From the human T2T-CHM13v2.0 reference genome, Homo sapiens: DNA of 64,000 nt. Location: the NCBI RefSeq assembly GCF_009914755.1, contig NC_060931.1. One strand, written 5' to 3'. Shown here piece by piece: positions 1 to 13,739 of this stretch. A model generated the notes under the pieces. That model did no database searches and had not been told where the DNA came from. It saw nothing but the letters and a program-made list of their open reading frames with translations. A program made the translations under genes and the position numbers. Numbering within the stretch: position 1 is the first letter of the stretch; every line of letters starts with the position of its first letter.

Positions 1-422
1 ACCCGACTAGGGCCGGTGGGCTCCTGTCTCCTAGAGACAGGTTGTCTCTGGGCTCAACTTGGGATTTTCTTCACGATTGTTTCTTTTGGGTCCTACGTGC
101 TCATGTGTACACACACAGACACCCTGGGTCATGTGCTAAGGAGCAGCAGAAATGCCTCATTTTTATTTACTCATTTGTTCACGTAGCTAGTGGAGGAAGC
201 CAAAATAGTTATCCCCAAAATATTGAGACCTGCTAAGTGAAAGATACTGAAAACACAGGGACTCTCTGCCTCTGCCCCTGTTTGCCAGACGCCAGGACAT
301 CCATCCTTCCTTCCTGGGGACAGCACCTGCTCATCAGCCCAGAGAGGGTCCCAGCCGTTGCCAGGGTCTCTGGGGGCAGATTGCATTGCCTTCTCACAGG
401 TTCCCTCCTTTTAAAAGACTGG

Positions 423-1030
423 GGGCTGGGCATGGTGGCTCACGCCTGTAATCCCAGCACTTTGGGAGGCCCAGGTGGGCGGATCACCGGAGTCCAGGAG
501 TTCAATCAAGACCAGCTGGCCAACATGGTGAAACCCCGTCTCTATTAAAAACACAAAAATCGGCCGGGCGCGGTGGCTCACGCCTGTAATCCCAGCACTT
601 TGGGAGGCCGAGGTGGGCGGATCACGAGGTCAGGAGATCGAGACCATCCTGGCTAACACGGTGAAACCCCGTCTCTACTAAAAAAAAAAAAATACAAAAA
701 ATTAGCCGGGCGAGGTGGCGGGCACCTGTAGTCCCAGCTACTCGGGAGGCTGAGGCAGGAGAATGGCGTGAACCCCAGGGGGCGGAGCCTGCAGTGAGCC
801 GAGATTGTGCCACTGCACTCCAGCCTGGGCGACAGCGAGACTCCGTCTCAAAAAAAAAAAAAAAAAAAACACAAAAATCAGCCAGGTGTAATCCCAGCTA
901 CTCAGGAGGTTGAGGCAGGAGGATCGCTTGAACCTGGGAGGCAGAGGTTGCGGTGAGCCACGATTGCGCCACTGCACTCCAGCCTGGGCAATGAGCCAAA
1001 CTCCATCTCAAAAAGAAAACCGTAAATAAA
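423..1030 (+). mobile_element. AluS-type element interrupted by a younger Alu
   Basis: Left arm 423-546 and right arm 880-1030; TSD TAAAAGACTGG at 412-422 and 1031-1041. Confidence 0.9.
562..869 (+). mobile_element. AluY (AluYe-like) inserted in the A-rich linker of the older Alu
   Basis: Features CGAGGTGGCG, AACCCCAGGGGGCGGAGCCT and GACAGCGAGA; 15-bp TSD AAAAACACAAAAATC at 547-561 and 865-879. Confidence 0.9.
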
Positions 1031-2146
1031 TAAAAGACTGGAGCTGCTCTCTCCTTTGCCTGGTCACTATGCTGAGAGTTATGGCTCTTTGTTAAAATAC
1101 TGTGTAAACAGGGCCCCTACACCACTGCCTTAAGAGGCACTGGAACTGAGGCCTCCGCCACGTGGAGGGCACAGCGCACGCCAGGAAATCTCTTCCGGTT
1201 TTCCTCTTGTTCATCTGACTTTCATTTTCAGGACAGTGACAGTGTCTCGACCAGGAACTCATAAGGGTTGAGAAAAGAAATTATATTTTCTCCTCTTTAC
1301 TAGAAAATGTCTAAAAATATCTCTAACTCCACACTTGACATTATGGCTTGGCTTGAGGTAAAATCCAGACAGACAATAATTTCCATCTAACAAGCAACAA
1401 GCCCACAGCCTGCAGGCGTCCTGCTGCTGGTTGAGGTCCAGAAACCGGAAGGACCCCAGCCACTTCGTGGGGGAAGCAGAAGACCACAATGCGGGGCAAG
1501 GTCCCAGCAAGGGTGAGGCAGGGACCCAGGCAGCACTGGCCCAGAGCACTGAGGCCCAGAGCACCAAGCGGCTGCTGCCAAGGCTGGGCCGTAGCAGGAA
1601 GCTCATGGGAAGAATCCCTCTGTGGCCAAACAGGTACAAGACAGGGGCCTCCTCCCAGGAATTGGGAACAGAAGGCTGTGCAGGTGGGATGGGGTCTCAC
1701 TGGCTTGACTCTGAGCCCAGAAGCATAGAACCAGAGCTCCACAGATTCCTGCCGACCCCTAAGGCTCATCCCAGAGCCCGCGTGCTTGGAGTCACAGGCT
1801 CTGGGTGGGGGCCCAATAGCAGCAGATGGACCCCATGCAACAGGGGCTGCGTCTCCCAGAAGGGGCTCTGCGGCTGTGGATTAATGGCTCGCAGTCGAGA
1901 AGCTTCTATACCTGGAAGTGCTACAGAGTTATTGCAAGGGTGCTTTGAGGTTTTAACGTGAACATGCTGACTTGGCACTAAATAAATAAAAGCAATAAAT
2001 AATTATATTGGAATGCTAAGGTTGCTTTTTATTTGAAGAGGGGTTTTCATCCTTGAAATGGATGGAAAACATGGCTCTGGGCTACAGGAAGACAAAGTGG
2101 CAGCAGGATGTGCACTGAACCCTCTTTCCCCTCCTCGACCTCACAG

Positions 2147-2201
2147 GACGATGCTGAAGGAGCAGTACATTGACAGGACGCGCGTGGCCGTGTTTGGGAA
2201 G
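2147..2201 (+). CDS. DPP6: DPP6 internal coding exon: (R)TMLKEQYIDRTRVAVFGK
   Basis: Acceptor cctcacAG at 2145-2146 and donor GTGAGT at 2202; 55 nt; peptide matches the DPP6 alpha/beta-hydrolase domain and joins the next exon in phase 0. Confidence 0.97.
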
Positions 2202-4229
2202 GTGAGTCTGCGCCACCCTGGTCTGAAAACCCCTCAGTTCCAGTGTGGCCTGCACCATTACCCACGTCTAATCCTGATTTATTGAGAACGTCTGTGGTCT
2301 GCTGGTGAGCAAGTAATTTTTTAAAATCAAGAGCCTGGGTGCTTAGTGATTCCAGCCGTGGGAGGTTTCATTTGATCAGCTCATTTTCCTAAGTTTCTTT
2401 TTACATTATCTGGAAGGAAAGAGAAGGGAAGCCAAGTCCCCGCAGGAGAGCTCTAATACATTCCTAATGACTTTTCTCCCATCCATCTGCTGTAGCTCTT
2501 GGCATGGTAGCCAGGAAAGAAGCAAAGCAGGAATCTATTTCTGGATAACTCGATGTGGAGTAACAACGTTAATTACCATGTCTACTTAGACGGAAGCACA
2601 GGTGTGGGGAGGGTCGCGCAGTGAACTCTCAAACCAGAGCCGCTCCCATCTGGTGGCCCTTGTCAGAAGGCTGTAGCCTGGGACAGCTCAGCTGTAGCTG
2701 AGGCCCACGGTTTGGAGTTAGGTCTCTGCACCGCCACCTACTATGGCCCTGGTACATGGCCCCTCATTCTCCTTAGCCTAGACCTGGGGCCTCTTGATCT
2801 CAAGAAGGCCAGCACACAGATGGGTCGGTATAGACCCATCTTCCCTCTGGGAGTGACCCTCAGCACAGGCCCTGCAGAGGAGGCCTTGCTGTGACACCCC
2901 CGCAGGTGAAGGCTTGGACAAGTAATCAGCACAGTGCCTCTTACGTCATCGCCTCCAAAACCTCAGAGCCCAGCATGCACTGGAGACCCGGCCCTGCCCT
3001 GTGGGCTGCTCCCGGAAGCAGGGGATGCAGGAGCCCTCCCACACCTCCTCCTTACCTGCCGGAGGTGAAGTGGTCAGGAGGAGGGCCGGCGGCTTCTCTC
3101 CTTGTTCAGAGCCCGGGCACAGAGCCCTAGAGGTGCATTCCAGGTGCCTAGATGTCCACTCACTGCCTGTGAGGCCCGAAGCCACTGGGTCATTGGTAGG
3201 TGTAACTTGGGTGTCAATAGCCATCACCTCTCCCCACCCTCATGGAAGTGACTTCCCAGCAGACTGGCAGCTGAAAGGCAGGGAGCCTGGGCCGTGGTCA
3301 GTCTTTTCCAGTCGTCACTCTGCCCCAAATGCACATGGATGCCACTCCTGAGGGCTTGGCCTCCTTCCTGTGCCTTGCATATAGTCCATCCACTCAGGGC
3401 CTTTCATAGTTCACTTCTGGACACAGAGAGGCTTTCTCAACAGGCAGTTGGTCCAGAAGCACAGGCAGCCGAGGTGCCAAAGGGAAAGGGGACCCTGTGC
3501 ACCTGTCAGAGCACAACTGATGCACCCCCACACCCTGTACCCCCGCACTCAGCTCCGCCGAGGACATCTGTCTGAGCTCCGTGCTGGGGATCTTTCCTTT
3601 GCCATTCTGCCCAGTGGATCCCGGGCGTCTTTCCAGAGCATAAGCATCTCTGTTTTGTTTTAACAAGCCTTAGATAGAGGTCCGTAGACCCCACAATGGT
3701 ATTTCTCCTCTGAAGAATAAAGCGTCAATCCTTTTAGTGGCTTGGCATGTTGCGGCCTGTCCATTCTGTTTCCTCCTCGCATGTGCCCCAGTGATCTGGC
3801 TGCAGCCTTTGTCAGGCATCGCAGGACCTGGGACACAGAGCCCAGGGGAGCAGCAGCCACCCTGCACCCAGAGGTGACCTGGAGAGCAAGGGGGCACCTG
3901 TGCGTTATGTTCTGCAGTTTCCCCCCCGACACCGAAAATCCCCCCTGCAGAAGATTGCCTGTCTCTCATTTAAACCAGAGCAGGCCGCGTGGCCCTGCAG
4001 GAAAATGAGATTTAAAGAAAACGAAGAATGACAAGTAAGGACGTGTGGAGTTCACTGACAATAAATATTATTTGTCAGAAAATGAAAATCTTCTTTCATT
4101 GTCATTAGACAAGGTGCCCCTGCCCTATTAAAGGAACACACCGGAACGATCGTGCAGGTCATAAATGGTTGATCTTGGAGTTTGGCATGACCTGCGCTTC
4201 ACGGTCTCAGTCAGGTACCTGGGTTCTCT

Positions 4230-6215
4230 ACACTCCATGCTCCCAACACGCATGCTCACAGACTCACATACACATGGATGCTCACCCATACACATGCTCA
4301 CACACACATGCTCACACATTCACACACATGCTCACCCATACACCTGCTCACCCATACACATGCTCTCACATACATGTGCTCACACATACACACACATGCT
4401 CACCCATACACATGCTCACACATTCACACACATACACAAATGCTCACATACACGCTCACACATACACACACATGCTCACCCACACAATGCTCACACATTC
4501 ACACACGCTCACCCATACACCTGCTCTCACACACATGCTCACACATACACACACATGCTCACCCATACACCTGCTCACACATACACATGGTGTCACACAC
4601 ACGCTCATACACACACATGCTCACACACACGATTACATACACCTGCTCACACACACACACATGCTCACCCATACACATGCTCACACACACGCTCACATTC
4701 ACACACATGCTCACCCATACACTTGTTCACACATACACATGCTCTCACACATGCTCAGACACATGCTCACCCATACACATGCTCACACACGCTCACACAT
4801 TCACACACACCTGCTCACACATACACATACATGCTCACCCATACACCTGCTCACACACACATGCTCACCCATAAACATGCTCACACACACACATGCTCAT
4901 ACACGTTTACCCATACACATGCTCACACGATTACATACACCTGCTCACACACACACGTGCTCACAAATTACATACACATGCTCACACATACATGCTCACA
5001 AACACGACTACATACACCTACTCACACACACATGCTCACACAATTACATACACCGACTCACGCACACATGCTCACACAATTACATACACCTGCTCACCCA
5101 TACACACATGCTCACATGATTACACATGCTCCCACATACATACATGCTCACACACATTACATACACATGCTCACACACGCTCACACATACACACGAGTAC
5201 ATACACGCTGACACATGCTCACACACACGATTACATACACATGCTCACACATACACATGCTCACCCACACACACGCTCACACATACACTCACACACACCT
5301 GCTCACACATACCCATACATGCTCACCCATACACATGCTCACACACACATGCTCACCCATACACATGCTCACACACATGCTCACCCATACACATGCTCAC
5401 ACACACATGCTCATACACGTTTACCCATACACATGCTCACACACGATTACATACACCTCCCACATACACGATTACATGCACCTGCTCACACACACACATG
5501 CTCACAAATTACATACACATGCTCACACATACACATACATGCTCACAAACATGATTACATACACCTACTCACACACACATGCTCACACAATTACATACGC
5601 CTACTCACACACACATGCTCACACAAATTACATACACCTGCTCATACACACACACATGCTCACACGATTACATACACATGCTCCCACATGCTCACCTATA
5701 CACATGCTCACATACACACGAGTACATACACATGCTGACACATGCTCACACACACGATTACATACACATGCTCACACACATTCACATTCACATGTTCACG
5801 CACACATGCTCACATGCTCACCCATACATACACACGATTACATACACATGCTCATACATACACGATTACATACACATGCTCACACAGGCTCATACACATG
5901 CTCTTACCCATACATGCTCACACACACACATGCTCACACACAAGCACACATGATCACACAGGCACACATGATCACACATACACAGGCTTGCACAAGTTTA
6001 CACACATACTCATACATGCTCACACAGGCATACACACATGCTCACATATGCACACACTCTCACATGTATAGGCACACACAGGATTACACATGCTCACACA
6101 TGTGCTTATACACATACACCCATGCACATGTTCACACGTTTATACACACATATCACACACACACACCCCCATATACTCACACACACGCTGCCACATGCTC
6201 TGTCTCTCACACATA
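4230..6215 (+). repeat. ~2 kb CA-rich degenerate tandem repeat (core ACACATGCTCAC[A/C]CAT)
   Basis: Many variant copies of CACATGCTCACAC, CCATAC and CGATTACATAC modules inside a DPP6 intron. Confidence 0.95.
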
Positions 6216-6891
6216 CCTGACAGTTCCGTGCTGTCCCGTTTCCCTCGGGGTCTTCCCTTCGGAGGCTGCAGCTCGTCTGAGCATCCAGCCTTGAAGGCAC
6301 TGAGCAGGCAAGGAGGTAGGGCTTTTCTCTGGGGAGGCCTGCGTTGCAGTACGGCTTCCTCATCCCCACCAAGGGCAGGGAAGGGCAGGAGTCTAGGACT
6401 TACCTGAATACAGAACACCTGGGAGCGTCTGTCTCGTGTCGGCCTTGTGCTGAGCATGTGCAGACCAGGACTTGCGCCCTAAGCCACTTGTTGGCCCCTC
6501 CCTCAGAATCATGTGCAGTGGCTTGGCCTCACCCACAGACAAGGGAGGCGGTAAGAAATGCCATAAAGAGACGCTGAGCCTGAAGGACAGCACCTTACAC
6601 CTGTGCAGTCCACACTTGCCTTTCCAATTCGCCGTTGCATTTCATCCTCACGTCCCTTGACACCAAGGCCCAGAAGCGGAGAAGGCGCACGTCGCATAAT
6701 GCTGAGTTGGAAGGGAGTTTGCTTTTCATCTCTTGTTACTGCCCCGTGAACAACTTTCCAAGTGACACATTTTGTAAAAGGAGAGAACCTGCATGGAACT
6801 GGCTGCTCTGGGGCTGTCTCCCTGCCCGAGGCTGCTTCATGCTGAGTTACTGCCAGGACTCCTAACTGTCTTCTCTCTGCGCTTTCTCCAG

Positions 6892-7003
6892 GATTACGGT
6901 GGCTACCTGAGCACCTACATCCTCCCAGCAAAGGGAGAAAATCAAGGCCAGACATTCACCTGCGGCTCTGCTCTCTCTCCAATAACAGACTTCAAACTCT
7001 ATG
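6892..7003 (+). CDS. DPP6: DPP6 exon: [37 protein letters not shown]
   Basis: Polypyrimidine tract with AG at 6890-6891, donor GTAAAT at 7004; 112 nt; completes the GKDYGG motif (GWSYGG in DPP4). Confidence 0.97.
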
Positions 7004-8934
7004 GTAAATAGCCCTGCAGGACCAAGCGACGGGCTCTGCTCCCGCCCCGCCCCGCCCCCTGCCTGCGTGGCCCCACAGCCCTCCCTTCAGCACCACCGTC
7101 CCGCTAACCACAGGTGCCTCCAGGCCACAGTCACCACCTTGGGCTGATGGAAGAACCCGGGGAAGGAGAGGGAAGGGTCTCAGGTAATATGTTTTGAATG
7201 AAAGTGGTCAATCCCCAGATGCCTACAAATCACATCCCAATGAAGACCACGAGTTGGAAACAGCTAGTACTCCGCTGGCAGCAGTGGGGGCGAGGAAGCC
7301 AGGGTGCGCAGGAGGGGAGCAGGTGCCACAGGCCCTGCCGGGCCGCCCTCCTTCTCTGCTCCCAGAAGAATCCGAGCAGGGCCCTGCCCTGAGTTCTATG
7401 CCTGGGCATGGGTATTTGGTGCACAGGTGTTACCAGATAAGGAAGGGATGGTTGGGAGGGAATTGCTACCATAGAGCAATTCAACGAGGTCCACGTGGCT
7501 CAGCTCTGCCTTCCCATCTCCCTGGCCATGCAAATGGCACCTGGTCAGCACCTGTCCTCAGAGAGTATGGCTCTCCATGAGCACAAGGCAGAGATGGGGT
7601 CAGGCTGTCAGGGTGACCTGCTGTGGGGATCAGATGGAGATGAGCCCACCCAGGTGTGGGAACCAGACCTCTGTCCAGGCACAGAAGGGCTTTGCTGTGT
7701 TTGGGGGTTCCAGGCTCCTGCATTCTCCTCCTTATGGTCACCCAACCCTTTTTCTCTGAACCTGAGCTCTGTGACCTGAACCCATTTCTTAGAATATACA
7801 GAGAGGTCTTTTCTGTGGCTCCGAGAACTTGAATTCAGGTCAGGGCTCCGTGGCAGCCAGGCTGTTCCCTCCAGCTGTCCCCACCCTAAGCAGCGCTGGC
7901 AAGTGAGGTGGAAATGGAGGGGGCTTCCTGCTGCTGGTCCACCGCAGTCCTGCCAGAGCCTGACATTCCCTGCAGGTTGGAGGAACGAGTCCAGCCCCCA
8001 TTGCCACACCTAGCCCTAGCCCTGCTGTGCTGGCCGAGCCCTGTAGACACCGCCCAGCAAGGCAGGGACCACGGTGGGCCCAGCAGCCTCCTGGCTGGTG
8101 CAGCCAAGTCTCCCAACACCTTCACAGCGGGCTCACTCCAGTGCAAATTTTAACTCGTACAGGAACTCTCCTGGTCCAAAATGTGAATCATGTAAGAGGA
8201 ATCTTCCCTCAGGAATGCGGGTGCCACCTTCAAATTGAGTGAGACTTTCTTAATTCTTTCATCATGCTGTTTCAGATTTGTCTGATTCAAATGCACATAA
8301 ATCTGAATCAGATTGTCTGATTCAAATGCACACAAAAGCTGCCATCATGTCTTGATGGGTCACTGTGCCCAAAACCAGCCAGTCCTCTTCATTGTCTCCT
8401 GGGCGCCCTCAGGCTTACCCTGCAGGCCAGGGGCACTGTGCAGAGCCCTTTCGGCCCTCAGCCCTGGGAGAAGCCCCTGACACTCTTCTGTCACCCAGCT
8501 GACCGCAGGGCCTCAGGCAGAACCAAGAGCAGGGATGTGCCTGGACTTTTTAAAAAATAAGTAAATCTTGATGGAAATGTGCTCTCTTACCACCCATGCC
8601 CTTCCTAAGTGTTGAAGGAGGAGGTTATCCTACTTATTTAGGAATCAGATTAACTGGGTTTTGCTTAATTAAGGTTCTGCGATGCTGATGAAAATTGCAA
8701 CACCGGCACTCACACACATTAAGGTTCCCGTTGTACCGCCTGATGCCCCTTGTAAAGACCCAAATGATTTAGGTGGTGTTTTTAAAAAACCAACAATCTG
8801 CCACACAAGTGGCAAGTGGGAATGAGCCTGAGTCCTCACCCCGCACCCGGTCCAGGGCCCTCCCTAGAGTTTGGGGGCTGCGCTCACAGGGCCTCGAAGC
8901 CAGAGGTAACCTCCCTCCCTTTGCTTCCGTGCAG

Positions 8935-8993
8935 CCTCTGCGTTTTCCGAGAGGTACTTGGGCCTCCATGGACTTGACAACAGAGCATACGAG
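8935..8993 (+). CDS. DPP6: DPP6 exon: ASAFSERYLGLHGLDNRAYE
   Basis: gcAG acceptor at 8933-8934, GTATGT donor at 8994; 59 nt; phase matches both neighbours; ERY(L/M)G motif of the DPP4 family. Confidence 0.97.
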
Positions 8994-9213
8994 GTATGTA
9001 TGGGCACAACTAGAGAATGTGATGAGACCAGTCAGCCTCTGCCACAGTCTCCCAGCCTGCCCTGGCTGTATGGCCCACTCTGCCTTCCCCAGCCCCATGC
9101 TTCTCCCTCACCAGCACCAAAGCCCACTCAGAAACCTCCGAAGGATCATTCCACCAGAGAGTGGATTGAGGTTAACATGGCCTCTCTGGGTTCCGCCTGA
9201 TTTCCCATTATAG

Positions 9214-9870
<657 letters not shown>

Positions 9871-9984
9871 TGATGGCCCTCTAAGGCTACCTGGAGTTGG
9901 AGGAAACTCTTCCTTTTTCCCTTCTTCTCTTCCACCCCCTCCTCTTCCAAAAAGGGAGTTAATGTGGGGGAAAGCTGGGTGTGG

Positions 9985-10355
9985 TATATTAGTCCGTTTT
10001 CATGCTGCTGATAAAGACATACCTGAGACTGGGCAATTTACAAAGGAAATAGGTTTAGTGGAGAACTTACAGTTCCACATGGCTGGGGAAGCCTCACAAT
10101 CATGCTGAAGGCAAGGAGGAGCTGGTCACATCTTACACAGATGGCAGCAGGCAAAGAGAAAGCATGTGCAGGGAAACTCTGCCTTATAAAGTCATCAGCT
10201 CTCGTGAGATTTATTCATTATCATGAGAACAGCAGCACAGGAAAGACCCACCCCCATGATTCATTCATCTCCCACTGGGTCCCTCCCACAACTCGTGGGA
10301 ATTATGGGAGCTACAAGATGAGATTTGGGTGGGGACACAGAGTCAAACCATACCA
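9985..10355 (-). mobile_element. THE1 (MaLR) solo LTR, THE1B-like
   Basis: tattagtccgttttcatgctgctgataaagacatacc...gggtggggacacagagtcaaaccatacca. Confidence 0.85.
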
Positions 10356-10530
10356 CTGGGCTTCTGACATCTGCCCTGCATTTCTTTGCAGATATAAGGC
10401 ATCCCGGTTCTCCGGGAACTTAGTGTTTTCAATACACTTCACCTACCTTCTCAGTCAGGTTTCCAAGCAGAACACCTGGCTCCCTGCAGTGCAGCCCCCT
10501 AACTCTGTCCCCTTGCCCCCGCATGTGCAG

Positions 10531-10603
10531 ATGACCAAGGTAGCCCATCGAGTCTCCGCGCTGGAAGAACAGCAGTTCCTGATCATTCATCCCACTGCCG
10601 ATG
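10531..10603 (+). CDS. DPP6: DPP6 exon: MTKVAHRVSALEEQQFLIIHPTAD
   Basis: AG at 10529-10530, GTAAGG at 10604; 73 nt; HPTAD corresponds to DPP4 HGTAD (triad Asp region). Confidence 0.97.
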
Positions 10604-10715
10604 GTAAGGACTGAAAACATGAATTCACTGTGTATCTAGTAAGAGCCTCCTCCTTGATGGCACCATGGGTTTTAACAAATGTCTTCCTCTCTTTTTTTTT
10701 TTTTTTTTTGCACAG

Positions 10716-10789
10716 AAAAAATTCATTTCCAGCACACAGCAGAACTCATTACACAACTAATTAGGGGAAAGGCTAATTACAGCTTACAG
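10716..10789 (+). CDS. DPP6: DPP6 penultimate exon: [25 protein letters not shown]
   Basis: Poly-T tract with cacAG at 10714-10715, donor GTACAG at 10790; 74 nt; follows a 112-nt intron. Confidence 0.96.
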
Positions 10790-12203
10790 GTACAGTACGC
10801 ATGTTACTCTGTTTTGAACCTGGAGCAAGACATTCCTTTCATGGAGAAAGACCTGACGGGTGTTCAGGGCCTTCTACTGCAGCAGACACGCCTGTGCTGT
10901 GGTGGTCGGTGATGAGCAAGGTCCCAGCAGGTTGGAAAATCAGCACATGCTCAACGTTTTCTTATAATTAATGATAGCTCCGCTCTGTACTTCAGCCCGG
11001 TTTAAATCCCTTTAGGACAACCATCTCCCCGTACTCCCACCCCAGCCCTGCTCCCCTCCTCCGGGCAGTGAGAAGAACCAAGCCAGCACCCACCCTGCCC
11101 AGCAGTGTGGCTGGGGCTATCCCGCTGCGGAGAGTGGGACTGTTGTTCTGGGTTGGTGAGAGTGGTGCTGGTGGGCCCTGAGCCTTGCCCCACTGCTTCC
11201 CTCTGACCAACACCACATGTTACTACGCACTAGCAGGATGTCCTGGGGCCATCTGTAGCTAGGCAGTAGTGAAAGAGGGGTACCCTTCCCAGAACTGAAC
11301 TCACTTTCCCACAACCAACCCGTGGCCCGTCCACAACAGCATCAAGTGCTGACCCAGCAGCCTCAAACCTGGGCTCTTCCCAGTAATGCACAGGGATGTC
11401 TCTGGAAACTTCTGCCATTTCCTTCCTGCCTTCTGCTCCTTTGGTGGAACAGGTATGACCCAATGGTCTCTTCAGGTCCAACATGAATGAATGGGAGAGC
11501 TCCTTGGGGACAGATGACAGGCAGGCACCCTGCCTCCCTCAGAGAGCTCTTGCCCTGGGCTGATCACTGCCTTGGCCTCCAGCATCCCTGCCTGTGGGAG
11601 GGAGGGACCACCTGTGGGCTTGATCAGGCAGGGAGAGCTCCAGCCAGAAGGGAGTTGGACCCCAGTGTGGATGAAGAGGGGCAGAAGGACGGGGTTACAC
11701 CACACTTGAGTTCCCTTGTGAAAGACGTTCAGATTTCAGACTTTTTCAAAGTAAGTGTGGCAGTTGCATGGCAGTGTTAAGCACACTGACCATGGACGCT
11801 CCAAAGGTCCATGTGTATGTGTTCATGTGGGCAACTCCCCAAGATATGGGGCGAGCTGAACCCCCCAGGTACAGAGCAGCCTGCATCGCTGCAGGCTCCA
11901 TGGGTATCAGGGAGCAGGACCCACCCAGGGACACACATGTGGGCACAGCAAAGGCCTTCACAGACACCCCATGCATCTGGAGCCAGGCCCAGCCCCAGGT
12001 AAGAGCACGGGAGACGGGGGCCTGAGGCAGGAGGAGAAAGCTTCCTGCCCATATCCTCTTGTACTACTTGATGTTTTAATGACATATCATAGCCTAATGA
12101 CAGCATTAATAAATACTTCAAAATAAAGATGAATTTCACCCTCCAAAAACATACAAAGAAGGCAGGAAGAGGCAGTCTAGTGTCATAGAAAGATGTAGGT
12201 TTT

Positions 12204-12510
12204 GGGCCAGATGCAGTGGCTCACACCTGTAGTCCCTGCACTTTGGGAGGCTGAGGTGCGGGGATTGCCTTGAGCTCAGGAGTTTGAGACCAGCCTAGGC
12301 AACAGAGCAAGACCCCATCTCTACAAAAAGTTTTTAGAAAATAGCCGGACGTAGTCATGTGTACCTGTGGTCCCAGCTACACAGGAGGCTGAAGTGGGAG
12401 AATCACTTGAGCCCAGGAGGTTGAGGCTGCAGTGAGCTATGGTAACACCATGGCATTCCAGCCTGGGCGACAGAGTGAGACCCTGTCTGAAAAAGAAAAG
12501 AAAAAAATAA
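12204..12510 (+). mobile_element. AluJ
   Basis: Dimeric Alu with AluJ-type cccaggaggttgaggctgcagtgagctatg and an A-rich tail. Confidence 0.88.
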
Positions 12511-12891
12511 GATGCAGGCTTTGAATCCCTGCACGTGCACAGATGGTTCACGGTGCTCCTAGGAGATGGTGGCATCACCGCATTGGCAGTAGAATAATTA
12601 GCCATCATCCTATTGGCATCTGGGACCGAATGAGCCCACATTCCAGGCCTCATTCTAAGCACGGCACGGCTATAAGATTGTTTAATTCTCACAAAGTGTC
12701 ATGAGCTGGAGTCTGTGATTATCCTCCCCACCCGACACACCTGGAATCCGAGGCTCAGGCAAGTTAACCTCCACAGTCACACAGGGAGTAGCCAGGACGC
12801 AAAATCTGTGGGGTGGGCCCGTGGGCACCCAGGACAGCACGCAGCCCTTCCACGGGAGTTTCCCACACTCAGAGTGTAACTGAGAGAGCAT

Positions 12892-13181
<290 letters not shown>

Positions 13182-13592
13182 TAGTCCCTAAGCTTGTATC
13201 CATGTTGCAAATTCAAGCAAGCAGATCCGGACTGTAGAGTGTTGAATGAAGAGCTTCCCAATGTTTTCACCCAGTTCCCACTGAGCATTTGCTGTGCCTG
13301 GAGAGGGCCAGGCACCGGGGGCGTGGTGGTGTTTGAAGGCTGGTTGGCTTCACGAATGGGTGGTGCATGTCCACGCTAGGGGAGGCGCCCCTCTGACTGG
13401 GACAGCCAGGCAGATCTCCCAGGAGGAAGAGGCACTTCCATCAGGAGTGGCATGGTTAGCAAACCCACTTCATCAACTACAATCCAGCCCCGGACGGGGC
13501 CCAGGTTTCACTAAACTCCACACCTTCTGTGCGTTCCCGTCCCCTGGGGAGCGTATACCTGGGAGAGTAATTTCTCCGTGCCTTCCTTGCAG

Positions 13593-13739
13593 ATTTACCC
13601 GGACGAAAGCCATTACTTTACCAGCTCCAGCCTCAAACAGCATCTGTACCGGTCCATCATCAACTTCTTCGTGGAATGCTTCAGGATCCAGGACAAACTG
13701 CTGACAGTCACAGCGAAAGAGGACGAGGAGGAGGACTAA
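13593..13739 (+). CDS. DPP6: DPP6 last coding exon: [48 protein letters not shown]
   Basis: AG at 13591-13592; 49 codons ending TAA at 13737-13739; YPDESH matches the DPP4 triad His motif; acidic DPP6 C-terminus. Confidence 0.97.
   Translation: MYPDESHYFTSSSLKQHLYRSIINFFVECFRIQDKLLTVTAKEDEEED

Larger units (their letters stand above)
190..1300 (+). mobile_element. Old ERV1-class LTR (MER4-group-like) hosting nested Alus
   Basis: 3' end ...ggaactcataagggttgagaaaagaaattatattttctcctctttac resembles MER4-group LTR termini; subfamily uncertain. Confidence 0.35.

Noticed and set aside
4165-6294. Long His/Thr-rich ORFs (up to 359 aa) in all three + frames
   Set aside because: Artefact of the stop-poor CA-rich tandem repeat inside a DPP6 intron.
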